A program made the translations under genes and the position numbers. The notes beneath the pieces were generated by a model, which was given only the letters and a program-made list of their open reading frames with translations, had not been told where the DNA came from and did not search any database. 64,000 nucleotides of DNA, taken from the NCBI GenBank assembly GCA_963667725.2, contig CAXXHO010000005.1, forward strand, positions 1,088,001-1,152,000, in the 5' to 3' direction. This document shows, one piece after another, positions 50,413 through 59,307 of this stretch (position 1 is the stretch's first letter; each line of letters opens with the position of its first letter). The DNA is from Treponemataceae bacterium (GTDB taxonomy: Bacteria > Spirochaetota > Spirochaetia > Treponematales > Rectinemataceae).

Positions 50413-51504
50413 TTATTTTTCGGTCGGGGAAGGTTTCCTCGGCGCGAGCCGCGTCACATAGAGGAAAAGGGCTGCCGATATGCAGAAAGAGACGAAGGTG
50501 AGGCAATGGGCGAGGAAATTTTTCGTGGTTCGGGCGACGATGAAAAGGGAGGCCTGCGTCGCCATGACGAAATATACGATGTTCAGGATTTGCAGCGGCG
50601 TATAGCCGTGGTCCAGGAGAAGGTGATGGATATGTTTGCGGTCGGGCGAGCCGATGGACAGGCCGGCGCGGACGCGTCTGACGATGGCGCGAAGAGTGTC
50701 GATCATGGGGATGGCCAACAAGGCCATCGAGGGAAGCAGGCCGGGGGACCATGAACCCTCGGCCGCCGAGAGGCCGATTTTTGTCTGCCCGAGGAAGGGC
50801 ATCACCGAGAGAGCGAATCCAAGGAAGAGACTGCCCGAGTCGCCCATGAAAAGCTTGGCTTTGGGAGCGGGGAAATTCACCGAGAGGAATCCGATCACGA
50901 CGCCGGCGAGCGTAAGGCAGATGTAGGCGCCGGGAACGTCGCCCCCCAGGAGATAGAAAAAGCCGAAGGCGATCGAAGCGATGGCCGATATTCCGCCCGC
51001 GAGTCCGTCCATCCCGTCGATGAGGTTGACGGCGTTCGTCATGCCGACGATCCAGCCCCAGCTGATGATGATAGAAGAAAGGCCCAGGGAGCCTGATAGG
51101 GCATCCGTACCGTAGCCGAAACCCCGGAAGCTGAACCCCGAGACCACGATGAAAGCGGCGATAATGGATTGAACGATGAATTTCTTTTTAGCGGGAATAC
51201 TGCGGATGTCGTCGGCGAGGCCGAGGAAGTGCATGCCCGCCGCTCCCAGCGCCAGCGGCGCAAGGCCTGTCAATCTTGCCGAAAAGCCGGCAAGGGCGCC
51301 GCGGCTCCCAATCAGTCCGAAGATGCCCAAGGCCAAGAAGAATGCCCAGAACATTCCGATACCGCCCAGCCGGGGGATCTTTCCGCTGTGGATTTTTCTC
51401 CCGCCCGTGCTGTCGTAGAGATTTTTCTTCTGGGCGAAGCCTATGATCATGGGCATGGAAAGCGCCGACAGCATTGTCGAAACTACGATCGTCGAATAGT
51501 ACAT
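50413..51504 (-). CDS. WecA/TagO (MraY-like) undecaprenyl-phosphate GlcNAc-1-phosphate transferase
   Basis: RKIH..KIPRLGG, GLADD, NAVNLIDGMDGLAGG, AKLFMGDSGS, PDRKHIHH. Confidence 0.9.
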   Translation of the reverse strand: MYYSTIVVSTMLSALSMPMIIGFAQKKNLYDSTGGRKIHSGKIPRLGGIGMFWAFFLALGIFGLIGSRGALAGFSARLTGLAPLALGAAGMHFLGLADDIRSIPAKKKFIVQSIIAAFIVVSGFSFRGFGYGTDALSGSLGLSSIIISWGWIVGMTNAVNLIDGMDGLAGGISAIASIAFGFFYLLGGDVPGAYICLTLAGVVIGFLSVNFPAPKAKLFMGDSGSLFLGFALSVMPFLGQTKIGLSAAEGSWSPGLLPSMALLAIPMIDTLRAIVRRVRAGLSIGSPDRKHIHHLLLDHGYTPLQILNIVYFVMATQASLFIVARTTKNFLAHCLTFVSFCISAALFLYVTRLAPRKPSPTEK

Positions 51505-51505
51505 G

Positions 51506-52048
51506 CTATTCAGCCGTCTCCTTCAGAAGCGTCATGAATGCCAGCAATGGCGTCTTGAATTCCCTGAAGCCGCCCTCCTTGGAATATATTCTCAATAGCG
51601 CATAACTGTCTTTCATCAACGATGAGCGATTATAGAAATCGTCCTCGTTCATGAAAAATCGAATCGTGTACTCCATCGCGCCGCTATTCAGCTTTTTGGA
51701 AGTTGCCTTGCCGTACATGCTGAGCTTCCCTTCCGAGGGGAACTGCCACTCGAATTCTCCGGAGGCGATGAAATCGTTGCTGCACTCCAAAATGGCGCTG
51801 AGATACTTCAGCTTGCGGTCTTCGGTCAAAGCCGCCGAGAAGCAGAATCTGCCGATATCCAGAGCGGGATTCTGAACATTGACCTTGCAGACGATGAGCG
51901 GCGGGGTTTGGTCCAGTTTTTCCTTGCTTATGTGGTAAACAGAATTGTCGAGCTGAATTTCCCTGACAACAGCGTTCTGGGCGAAAGAAATAGTTCCCAT
52001 AGCCAGAAAAAGAACAAGTGAAAAAGTAAAACTTTTATTACGCATCAC
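51506..52048 (-). CDS. Hypothetical exported protein
   Basis: 180-aa ORF with a signal-like N-terminus (MMRNKSFTFSLVLFLAMGTISFA-Q); its stop lies 1 nt before the wecA start. Confidence 0.65.
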   Translation of the reverse strand: MMRNKSFTFSLVLFLAMGTISFAQNAVVREIQLDNSVYHISKEKLDQTPPLIVCKVNVQNPALDIGRFCFSAALTEDRKLKYLSAILECSNDFIASGEFEWQFPSEGKLSMYGKATSKKLNSGAMEYTIRFFMNEDDFYNRSSLMKDSYALLRIYSKEGGFREFKTPLLAFMTLLKETAE

Positions 52049-52179
52049 TTTTATGAATCAGCCATACTTGTTATCATGTTGCTTATTTTTTCTCGATGAT
52101 TTTCTAAATATGAGTAACTGATTCATTCTCCCTTTTGTAAGGATTCTGGAACTGATTGAAACCGTTGTCAAGCCATGTT

Positions 52180-52833
52180 TCATAATCCCAAGGAGGTAAC
52201 CGCCAGCCCCGCTCCCCCCATCACCAAGGGAATGGCGATGCCAATCGCGGCGTGCGCCGTCACGAGCCCAAGATGGGCCTCATGATCTCCCCTCTTTAAC
52301 GCGTCGGTGGTCATGACGCCGATGAGGATTTCGCTGGCCATGAGCGCCGCGTGGGTTATGAAGGAGACAAGGTGGATGTCAGACGCGAGGGTTCTTTCGC
52401 CTTTGGGCAGCTTCATGGAGAGCCCTGTGACCGCGTTGCCGAGATAGAGGGTTTCTCCCGTCAAGAGAAAGCCCACGTGGAGCCAGCGGAGCGTCTGTCC
52501 GTTTTCCCATAATCCGCCGAGCGCGTTCCGGATGGCGGGATCGTCCTCATCGTCGATACCCAGATCATGCCTGATGTTGTGGCCTCTGTTCATGAGGTCT
52601 AGAGCGCGCGCCGCGCCGAGAGCGCCTGCCGCGAAGAGAAGCCCCGTCGAGGTCCATCCCGCCACCATGTGATAGTTGAGTTTGCCGGGGAAATCGAGGA
52701 AAGACTTTCGCTCCTGCAGGGTGGGCGCGGTTACCGCATCCTGGGCGCTGAGGCTGGCCAGCGTCAGGATGGCGAGCGCAAGAGTCATTGCCGCGCGAAG
52801 AATCCCCAACCTATGCCATTTTAAAGTTTTCAT
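52180..52833 (-). CDS. Hypothetical membrane protein
   Basis: Signal-like segment plus about four hydrophobic helices, each with a His (YHMV, LHVG, IHLV/THAA, AHAA). Confidence 0.65.
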   Translation of the reverse strand: MKTLKWHRLGILRAAMTLALAILTLASLSAQDAVTAPTLQERKSFLDFPGKLNYHMVAGWTSTGLLFAAGALGAARALDLMNRGHNIRHDLGIDDEDDPAIRNALGGLWENGQTLRWLHVGFLLTGETLYLGNAVTGLSMKLPKGERTLASDIHLVSFITHAALMASEILIGVMTTDALKRGDHEAHLGLVTAHAAIGIAIPLVMGGAGLAVTSLGL

Positions 52834-52924
52834 GGAATAAGTATACGTCACGTCGTCAATTCCCGGTATTTTAGTCCTCCGCGAGAATAACGTATATCAA
52901 ATATTGGGCGGCATCGCGGGGAAA

Positions 52925-53197
52925 TTACGGATTTTCTTTCCAGTACACTCCGGAAAAGGGCCTGGTCGCGCAGACGGCTAGACGGGGTTCGCCGCCCGAA
53001 TCCTTGTACCATACCTCGAATCGGGTTTCGTGCCTTCCTTCGCATTCCATTTCCGTCCATAACGGAGCCCATTTTATGCTTATGGGGGTTCCGCGCTTTC
53101 GCCTCAGTTCCTTCCGTATCTTCCGCTTGCATACCGTCAGATAGGTGATGGGAAGCGCGCAGCCAATGCCAATGGCGATGAGAACTTCGGGAAACAT
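52925..53197 (-). CDS. Small hypothetical protein with N-terminal TM helix
   Basis: 90 aa; GAGG before ATG; one hydrophobic segment followed by a basic stretch. Confidence 0.55.
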   Translation of the reverse strand: MFPEVLIAIGIGCALPITYLTVCKRKIRKELRRKRGTPISIKWAPLWTEMECEGRHETRFEVWYKDSGGEPRLAVCATRPFSGVYWKENP

Positions 53198-53299
53198 TGA
53201 AACCTCATGTAACGCAGATTTTACGGACTGTTCGGTTTATGTCTCGATTTTACCTCTATATGGGGATAAAACAAGGTGAAATCCGATTTTAAGCGTGAT

Positions 53300-53331
53300 T
53301 TGTGAAACATAAGGCATGCGATGTTTCACAA
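53300..53331. repeat. Inverted repeat with 11-bp arms
   Basis: TTGTGAAACAT-n10-ATGTTTCACAA. Confidence 0.7.
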
Positions 53332-53508
53332 TATGAAATTTTCATTCTTGTTTTCGGCTTACTTCGCGGTTGGGGTCCGCGAACCGATACGGTAATCCTG
53401 CCTTGGGCGGCGCCTGCATTGATTTCCTTGCCGTTGGCCGAGGAATCGGTGGAAATAACCTGGGGCCCAGCGCCCTGGATGAATCCTACGGCATGGCGAG
53501 CGGACTCT

Positions 53509-54879
53509 TTAACGTCGCGGTTTGAGGTTTCGCAGGGAGAGGCGGAGCCGCTCGGCGAGGAAGGCGCGGTGAGTTATTTGGGGGCGAAGGACGGCGAGCC
53601 GAGCGGCTGACGGGGCATCGACGGCCAGGCCGCCATACACTTCCCTCTCCACTGTTTCCGCGATGAATGCGGCCTGGCCGGCACTGGCGGGAAAGGTGGC
53701 GGCCAGGCGCAACGAGTACTCCCTCGCCGTTTCGCATGGCTTGCGGGGCAGACCAGCGAAGCGGCCGACGGCCAAAAGCCGCGCGTACATCGCCAGGGCA
53801 GCGCTACCGTAACCGCTTCGGCGCAGGTTTCGGGCGATAAAGCCGCCGATCCGGGACATAATCTCCGCCAAAGCCTTTAAGACGGTCTTCAGCCAATTAA
53901 AAATAGAGCGTGAACCCGGATCGTCGGTCACTTTTTTCGTGCGGGAAGCGAGCAGGCGGAGAAGCTGAACGATAAGAAAGCCCAGCAGTAATAGCGCGAA
54001 CAATCCCATCACGCCCATGACTATCCACATGACGACAGGATTGGCGGGCTGCTCATCCATCGCGGGTGACGGGTTGGAGGAGATAGCGTCACCATCCTGC
54101 CGAAGAGCGCCGAACTTCGCCCTCCTCTCCCTGAAAAGCCATTGGAGGATGTCCAAAATCATGCGCAGAACGGGCACCGAAGCGCGCTTTAAAGCGACAA
54201 CGGCCTGCCTGGCCGGTTCGGTGAGGGCGGGCACGAGAAGAAGAATGCCGGCTCCGGCAAGGACGAAAATGACGGCCACGGAAGCGACCATCGTCCTCCG
54301 TGATTTGGGCGAAAGCCCGCCGCGGTTGGCGCCTTCGCTCTTGGACAGGCCGAGGGCGAGAATGCCAAAAAGGAAAAAGGGTATGACGAGCCGACTCGGG
54401 AAAGGATTCTCCACATGGATGAGCGCCGTCAGGAGGAAAGCCGCGAGCAGCAGGGCGATGCCCTCGTCGAAACGCGCGGCGCAGAACTCATGGTCGGCTT
54501 TCTGCGCTTCGAGCCAGGCCGCGCGAAGCCAGAATGCCGCGATGATCGTCAGCATAAAGAGGTAGGAAGCCGAGTCGCCGTCATTTCGGGGCAAAAGGGC
54601 GGCCAAATCAAAGCCATCGCCGAGGAATGACGAATATATCGCCGCGAAGGAGAAGGCGAAAGCCGCCAGCTCAATAAGGGCGAACCACGCGATGCGCATG
54701 TTCTTTCGGCGGAGAAAGCGGCTGAGCGCGAGAGAAAAGAAAAAGGCGAGGGAGGCGAAGGCATAGGGGAAGGCGCCGCTCAATGAAAGGATGTTTCCGA
54801 ATGCCTGGAAAGCGTATGAAGCGAGAAGGAGGAGCTTCATGAGGTCCATGGCGGCGAGGAAGACGAGGGAGGCTTTCAT
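53509..54879 (-). CDS. DUF4129-domain multi-pass membrane protein
   Basis: Many TM segments; C-terminal Y..LL......GLPRKPCETAREY..RL...REVYG pattern; ATG 54879 overlaps the upstream stop. Confidence 0.75.
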   Translation of the reverse strand: MKASLVFLAAMDLMKLLLLASYAFQAFGNILSLSGAFPYAFASLAFFFSLALSRFLRRKNMRIAWFALIELAAFAFSFAAIYSSFLGDGFDLAALLPRNDGDSASYLFMLTIIAAFWLRAAWLEAQKADHEFCAARFDEGIALLLAAFLLTALIHVENPFPSRLVIPFFLFGILALGLSKSEGANRGGLSPKSRRTMVASVAVIFVLAGAGILLLVPALTEPARQAVVALKRASVPVLRMILDILQWLFRERRAKFGALRQDGDAISSNPSPAMDEQPANPVVMWIVMGVMGLFALLLLGFLIVQLLRLLASRTKKVTDDPGSRSIFNWLKTVLKALAEIMSRIGGFIARNLRRSGYGSAALAMYARLLAVGRFAGLPRKPCETAREYSLRLAATFPASAGQAAFIAETVEREVYGGLAVDAPSAARLAVLRPQITHRAFLAERLRLSLRNLKPRR

Positions 54880-56060
54880 CGTTCGCCTTCTTTTTTCAGG
54901 CGAAGCGCGTCGAAGGTCGTGAAGGGGTAGGCGCTGGTTTCGTCGCTGTCCCCCTTGTCCGCGAAGATGAACATGACCTTGTCCCTGCGTGTCGCCGGAA
55001 GGGCGTAAAACTTTTTCATGCTTTCGCCCGGCTTGCGCGCGATCACGACAAAGCCGGCGCCCTGATGGCCTACGCCGCCGATGAGGGGGAGAATGGACTG
55101 GCCCCATTCGAACTCGCATCGCGCCAGAAGCTCGAGGACCATGCCCAGGTGCTCCGGCCCTCTACCCAGAGGGAGTACAGCAGGATAATCCTTGACAAGG
55201 CGATCGGTGGCCACGGTGAAAGAAGCGCCTGTTTCCGCGAAATGCGTCGCGAGCGAAGCGAGCATTTCCAGGGCCGATTCAAAACCGGCCTTGTCCTCGG
55301 CGCGACTGAAACCCTCTCCATTCATCAGGAAGAAAATCTTTTGATGCGTGGTGGGCTCGAAAATTTTCTCCTGGAGAATGTCGAGTCGGGCGCTCGCCTT
55401 CCAGTGAATGTTCCTGGCGGGTTTGTTGCCCGAGTATTCTCTCGTGCCCTCGTACCAAGCGGGATCCTCGATGATGCCCTTGGATGGGCGTATGCCGAAA
55501 TAATCCCTGAAGGGCAGCTCCAGATCGCGGAGGGGCAGGATGCGGGGATACACGACGATTTCCTGCCTGAAGGGAAGGATCTTTTCCTTTCTATAGAGAT
55601 CGAGGAGATCGCCGGCGCTGAGTGTGGCCGGGCCAAGGCGGTGAATGCCCCGGCTCTCGGCGCTGAAACTCCAGGAACCTGAGATTTTTTCGAAGGGCAG
55701 GAGGCCGCTTTCCCCTTCGACGCTTTCGGCGGCTAAGGACTTCAAGGCTTCGGGGCGGTTCAGCGTCAGGCGCATCCATACGGGGAGTATCTTGTTGTTG
55801 GAGATTTCGGCGCGAAGGGTGAAGCTGTCCCCGCAGAAGAAACGGTCGCCGTCGCATACAAGCGACACCTCGAGGCGGGCGAGACCGAGCCTTCCCCAAA
55901 GGCGTATGGCGACCATCAGGATGAAGGCAGTGGCCGCGAAGGTGGCCAGGGCGATGGAGGAGGCGGCCGCGGCGCCGAAGGCAATTACGCCCAGTGTCGC
56001 GACGGAAAGCGTTATGACGAAATAGCTGGAGACGCCGTAGGATGTCTTGTCGGTTTTCAC
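54876..56060 (-). CDS. DUF58-domain protein (MoxR-associated)
   Basis: RGIHRLGP...GDL...VYPRI...GTREY...RNIHWKASAR; GTG at 56060. Confidence 0.85.
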   Translation of the reverse strand: MKTDKTSYGVSSYFVITLSVATLGVIAFGAAAASSIALATFAATAFILMVAIRLWGRLGLARLEVSLVCDGDRFFCGDSFTLRAEISNNKILPVWMRLTLNRPEALKSLAAESVEGESGLLPFEKISGSWSFSAESRGIHRLGPATLSAGDLLDLYRKEKILPFRQEIVVYPRILPLRDLELPFRDYFGIRPSKGIIEDPAWYEGTREYSGNKPARNIHWKASARLDILQEKIFEPTTHQKIFFLMNGEGFSRAEDKAGFESALEMLASLATHFAETGASFTVATDRLVKDYPAVLPLGRGPEHLGMVLELLARCEFEWGQSILPLIGGVGHQGAGFVVIARKPGESMKKFYALPATRRDKVMFIFADKGDSDETSAYPFTTFDALRLKKEGER

Positions 56061-56073
56061 TGTCGTTTCTTTC

Positions 56074-57024
56074 TCAAACCGGCGAAGGGACGGGCACCTT
56101 CTCAAGTATTTCGGCCACGACGGCGCTCGCGGACATGCCTTTTGCCCTTTCTTCGTGGCGGAGGATTATCCTGTGCGTGAGGACTGGCCCCGCCAGTTCT
56201 TTCACGTCGTCGGGAATCACGTAGCCGCGCCCGCGTATCGCCGCGAGCGCCTGCGCCGCCTTTATGAGGCCGAGCGAGCCTCGCGGACTCGCGCCGTAGC
56301 GCACCTTGGGGTGGCTCCGCGTGGCGCCGACGAGGTCGGCGATGTATTCGCGCACCTGGGGGGCGACGAGGACATCGCTCCTGCGCTTCTGCAGCTCGAC
56401 GATGCGTTCGGGGCTGGAAACGGCTTCCAGGCCGACGAGAGGGTCGTTGCGCATGAAGCGGTCCAGGATGGTCAGTTCTTCGCTTCTGTCCGGATAGCCG
56501 ATGTCGATCTTCATGAGAAAGCGGTCGAGCTGGGCTTCAGGCAGGGGAAAGGTGCCGTCCATCTCGATGGGATTCTGCGTCGCGATGACGAAGAAGGGCT
56601 TGGGCAGATCCATGGTGACGCTGTCGACGGTGACCTGGAATTCGCCCATGCTTTCGAGAAGGCTGGCCTGCGTCCTCGGGATCGTCCGGTTTATCTCGTC
56701 CGCGAGAAGAATATTGGCCATGACGGGGCCCGGATGGAAGACGAACTCCCCGGATTTCTGGTTGTAGATCGAAAATCCGGTGACATCGGAAGGGAGGAGA
56801 TCGGGCGTGAACTGAATGCGCTTGAAGACGCCGCCGATGCTTCGCGCCAGCGCCTTGGCCATGACGGTTTTTCCGAGGCCGGGCACGTCCTCCAGGAGCA
56901 CATGCCCCTCGGCGAGTAGGGCGACGGTCATCAGCTCCAGGACTCGTTTTTTGCCCACGATGACGAGGGCCGAATTCTCGACGATAGCCGCGCTTTCATT
57001 CATGGTAGGCATTGCTTCACTCAC
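56074..57024 (-). CDS. moxR: MoxR-family AAA+ ATPase
   Basis: GHVLLEDVPGLGKT, RIQFTPDLLPSD, LADEINR, ATQNPIE, PLPEAQLDRF, GASPRG. Confidence 0.93.
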   Translation of the reverse strand: MSEAMPTMNESAAIVENSALVIVGKKRVLELMTVALLAEGHVLLEDVPGLGKTVMAKALARSIGGVFKRIQFTPDLLPSDVTGFSIYNQKSGEFVFHPGPVMANILLADEINRTIPRTQASLLESMGEFQVTVDSVTMDLPKPFFVIATQNPIEMDGTFPLPEAQLDRFLMKIDIGYPDRSEELTILDRFMRNDPLVGLEAVSSPERIVELQKRRSDVLVAPQVREYIADLVGATRSHPKVRYGASPRGSLGLIKAAQALAAIRGRGYVIPDDVKELAGPVLTHRIILRHEERAKGMSASAVVAEILEKVPVPSPV

Positions 57025-58367
57025 TTTTTGGCCAGATGGGCCAGTTTTTCGTCCCTGATCCGGCGCGATTCGCTCATGACGCGCTCGATGTCGATGGTCG
57101 TGTATTCGCCGTTCCTGTACAGAACGCGGCCGTCGATCATCGTCATGACGATGTCGCCTGAGCCCGCGGCAAAGAGAATGTTGGAAAGAACGTCGTAGAC
57201 GGGCTGCAGATGGGGGGCGTCGAGGTCATAGACGACGATGTCGGCGCGATTGCCGACGGCGAGGGAACCGCAGTCGGTCCTGCCCTGGGAAAGGGCTCCG
57301 TTGCGGCAAGCCAGCTCCAGAAGCTGCCGCGGCCCGAGGATGAGAGGATCTCCCGTCGTGCCCTTCTGGAGCAGCGCGGCCAGATTCGCCTCCTCGAGCG
57401 CGTTCAGGTTGTTGTTGCTGGCCGCGCCGTCCGTGCCTATGCTCACGCGTATTCCCTTTTCGAGCATCTTCGCCACGGGCGCCACGCCAGAGCCGAGCTT
57501 CATGTTGCTGGAGGGGCAATGCGCCACGGTAACCCCCCGCTCGGCTAGAATAGCGAAGTCGCTTTCGTCGATCCAGACGCAGTGCGCCGCCGTCGTCGGC
57601 ACCCTGAAAAGGCCGCAGGAGTCGAAAAAGGCTGTCGGGGTCATTCCGCGCCTGGCCTTGGCCTGCTCGTGCTCGTCCTTCGTCTCCGAGAGGTGGATCT
57701 GCATGCGCAGGCCTTCCGCTTCGCAGAATTGGGCGATTTCGGAGCCGATGCGCGCGTCGCCGAAGGTATACTCGGCGTGCACGGAAGCGTCGGCGACGAG
57801 GCGGCCTTCGGGAATGCCCTTGGCCGCGCCGATGAGGAAGCGCGTGCCTTCGCAGGCGCTGGAGCCCGCGAAGCGCTCTTCGTTCCGTCGCGTCGAATAG
57901 CCGTGGGCGAGGTTCGCCTTCATGCCGCTTTCGGAAACCGCCCGGACGATGCCCGGTTCGTGCATGTACATGTCGGTGAAGGAGACGGTGCCGCTCGCGA
58001 GCATCTCGGCGATGCCGAGGAGGGAGCCCCAGTAGCAGTCCTCGTCCGTGAGGAGGGCTTCGAAGGGAAACATCCTGGTGAAGAGCCAGTCATGGAGCGA
58101 AAGTCCCTCGCCGTAGCCTCTGATGAGGGTCATGGGCACGTGGCTGTGGGTGTTGAAGAAGCCGGGCATGGCCACTTTCCCGCGGCCGTCGTAGATTTCG
58201 CCCTCGAAGGCGCGGCTGGAAGCCGAGCCGGAGCCCTGGCCGGAACCTTGCGGCTCCGCCGTGCCGATATAACTTATCCGCCCGTTTTCCACGGCGATAC
58301 TCATGCCCTCGCGAGCCTCGTAGCGCTCGTCGATCAGGGTTATGTTCTTGAAAAGAAACGCGCTCAT
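57021..58367 (-). CDS. mtaD: Amidohydrolase, 5'-methylthioadenosine/S-adenosylhomocysteine deaminase-like
   Basis: PGFFNTHSH, IHLSET, AAHCVW, HCPSSNMKLGSG, GTDGAASNN; ATG 58367 overlaps the PNP stop. Confidence 0.75.
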   Translation of the reverse strand: MSAFLFKNITLIDERYEAREGMSIAVENGRISYIGTAEPQGSGQGSGSASSRAFEGEIYDGRGKVAMPGFFNTHSHVPMTLIRGYGEGLSLHDWLFTRMFPFEALLTDEDCYWGSLLGIAEMLASGTVSFTDMYMHEPGIVRAVSESGMKANLAHGYSTRRNEERFAGSSACEGTRFLIGAAKGIPEGRLVADASVHAEYTFGDARIGSEIAQFCEAEGLRMQIHLSETKDEHEQAKARRGMTPTAFFDSCGLFRVPTTAAHCVWIDESDFAILAERGVTVAHCPSSNMKLGSGVAPVAKMLEKGIRVSIGTDGAASNNNLNALEEANLAALLQKGTTGDPLILGPRQLLELACRNGALSQGRTDCGSLAVGNRADIVVYDLDAPHLQPVYDVLSNILFAAGSGDIVMTMIDGRVLYRNGEYTTIDIERVMSESRRIRDEKLAHLAKK

Positions 58368-59197
58368 CGCATTGCCCCCACGATTTCCCTGACCAGAGCC
58401 CTGAAGCGTCCGCCCGCTTCCTCGGCCGACGCGTTGACTTCCTCCGCGGAGAGGCGCTGCGGCAGGACGCCCGCCGCCATGTTCGTCATGAGGGAGAGCG
58501 CCAGTATGTCCAGACCGCAGTGCGCGGCCGTGAGGGCCTCGGTGACCGTGGACATGCCCACCGCGTCGCCGCCCAGTATCCGCGCCGCCCTGATTTCCGC
58601 CGGCGTCTCGAACTGGGGGCCGCTGAAATAGAAGTAGACGCCTTCGTGCGTCCTGTATTTCTGGCCGATTCTTTCGGCGCATCCGAGGGCGAGGGCACGT
58701 AGCGACGGAGTGTACATTTCGCTCGTGTCGAAGAAACGCGGGCCCAGTTCGGGAATGTTCGGGCCGCGCATCGGGCTGGCGCCTATGAGCTTGATGTGAT
58801 CCTTCACCACCATGATGTCGCCCACGTTGTAGGCCGTGTTCACCGATCCCGCCGCGTTGGTGAGGATGGCGGCGCGGGCCCCCAGGAGCTTGAAGACCCT
58901 GATCGGGGCGGCCAGCTGCTCGAAGTCGTATCCTTCATAATAATGGAAGCGTCCCGACATGCAGGCTACGTATTTGCCGGCCAGCGTACCGAAAATCATC
59001 TTTCCGGCGTGCGACTCGACGGTTGAAAGGAGAAAGTTGGGAATATCCGCGTAATCGATGGCGATCGGATCGACGATCTCGTCGGCGAGCGGCCCCAGCG
59101 ATGAACCGAGGATCAGCGCGATCTCGGGCTTCCGGGGAAGGCGGGCCAGCAGGTAATCGACGCTCGCCTTATAGTATTCCAGGGTATATCCGCGCAT
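58364..59197 (-). CDS. punA: Purine-nucleoside phosphorylase (trimeric PunA/XapA type)
   Basis: ILGSSLG, STVESHAG, GRFHYYEG, LTNAAG, GPQFETPAE, VGMSTV, TNMAAG; GGAGG 5 nt before ATG 59197 (the ORF track gives 59221). Confidence 0.9.
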   Translation of the reverse strand: MRGYTLEYYKASVDYLLARLPRKPEIALILGSSLGPLADEIVDPIAIDYADIPNFLLSTVESHAGKMIFGTLAGKYVACMSGRFHYYEGYDFEQLAAPIRVFKLLGARAAILTNAAGSVNTAYNVGDIMVVKDHIKLIGASPMRGPNIPELGPRFFDTSEMYTPSLRALALGCAERIGQKYRTHEGVYFYFSGPQFETPAEIRAARILGGDAVGMSTVTEALTAAHCGLDILALSLMTNMAAGVLPQRLSAEEVNASAEEAGGRFRALVREIVGAMR

Positions 59198-59307
59198 TCT
59201 TTCCTCCAGGTTCTTGTCCATTCTACATCGCGACGGATGGATCGTACCAGCGTCGGGTGAATATTTCTCTGTTGCGGGACGGGCGCGCCGCGCCTATACT
59301 TGCCCGC

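Noticed and set aside
53300..53331. parS site (half-sites GTGAAACA and TGTTTCAC are present)
   Set aside because: Canonical parS is the contiguous TGTTTCAC-GTGAAACA; here the halves are in reverse order and 12 bp apart.
53302..53610. 102-aa plus-strand ORF
   Set aside because: No SD or motif, it overlaps the DUF4129 gene end, and it starts inside an inverted repeat.
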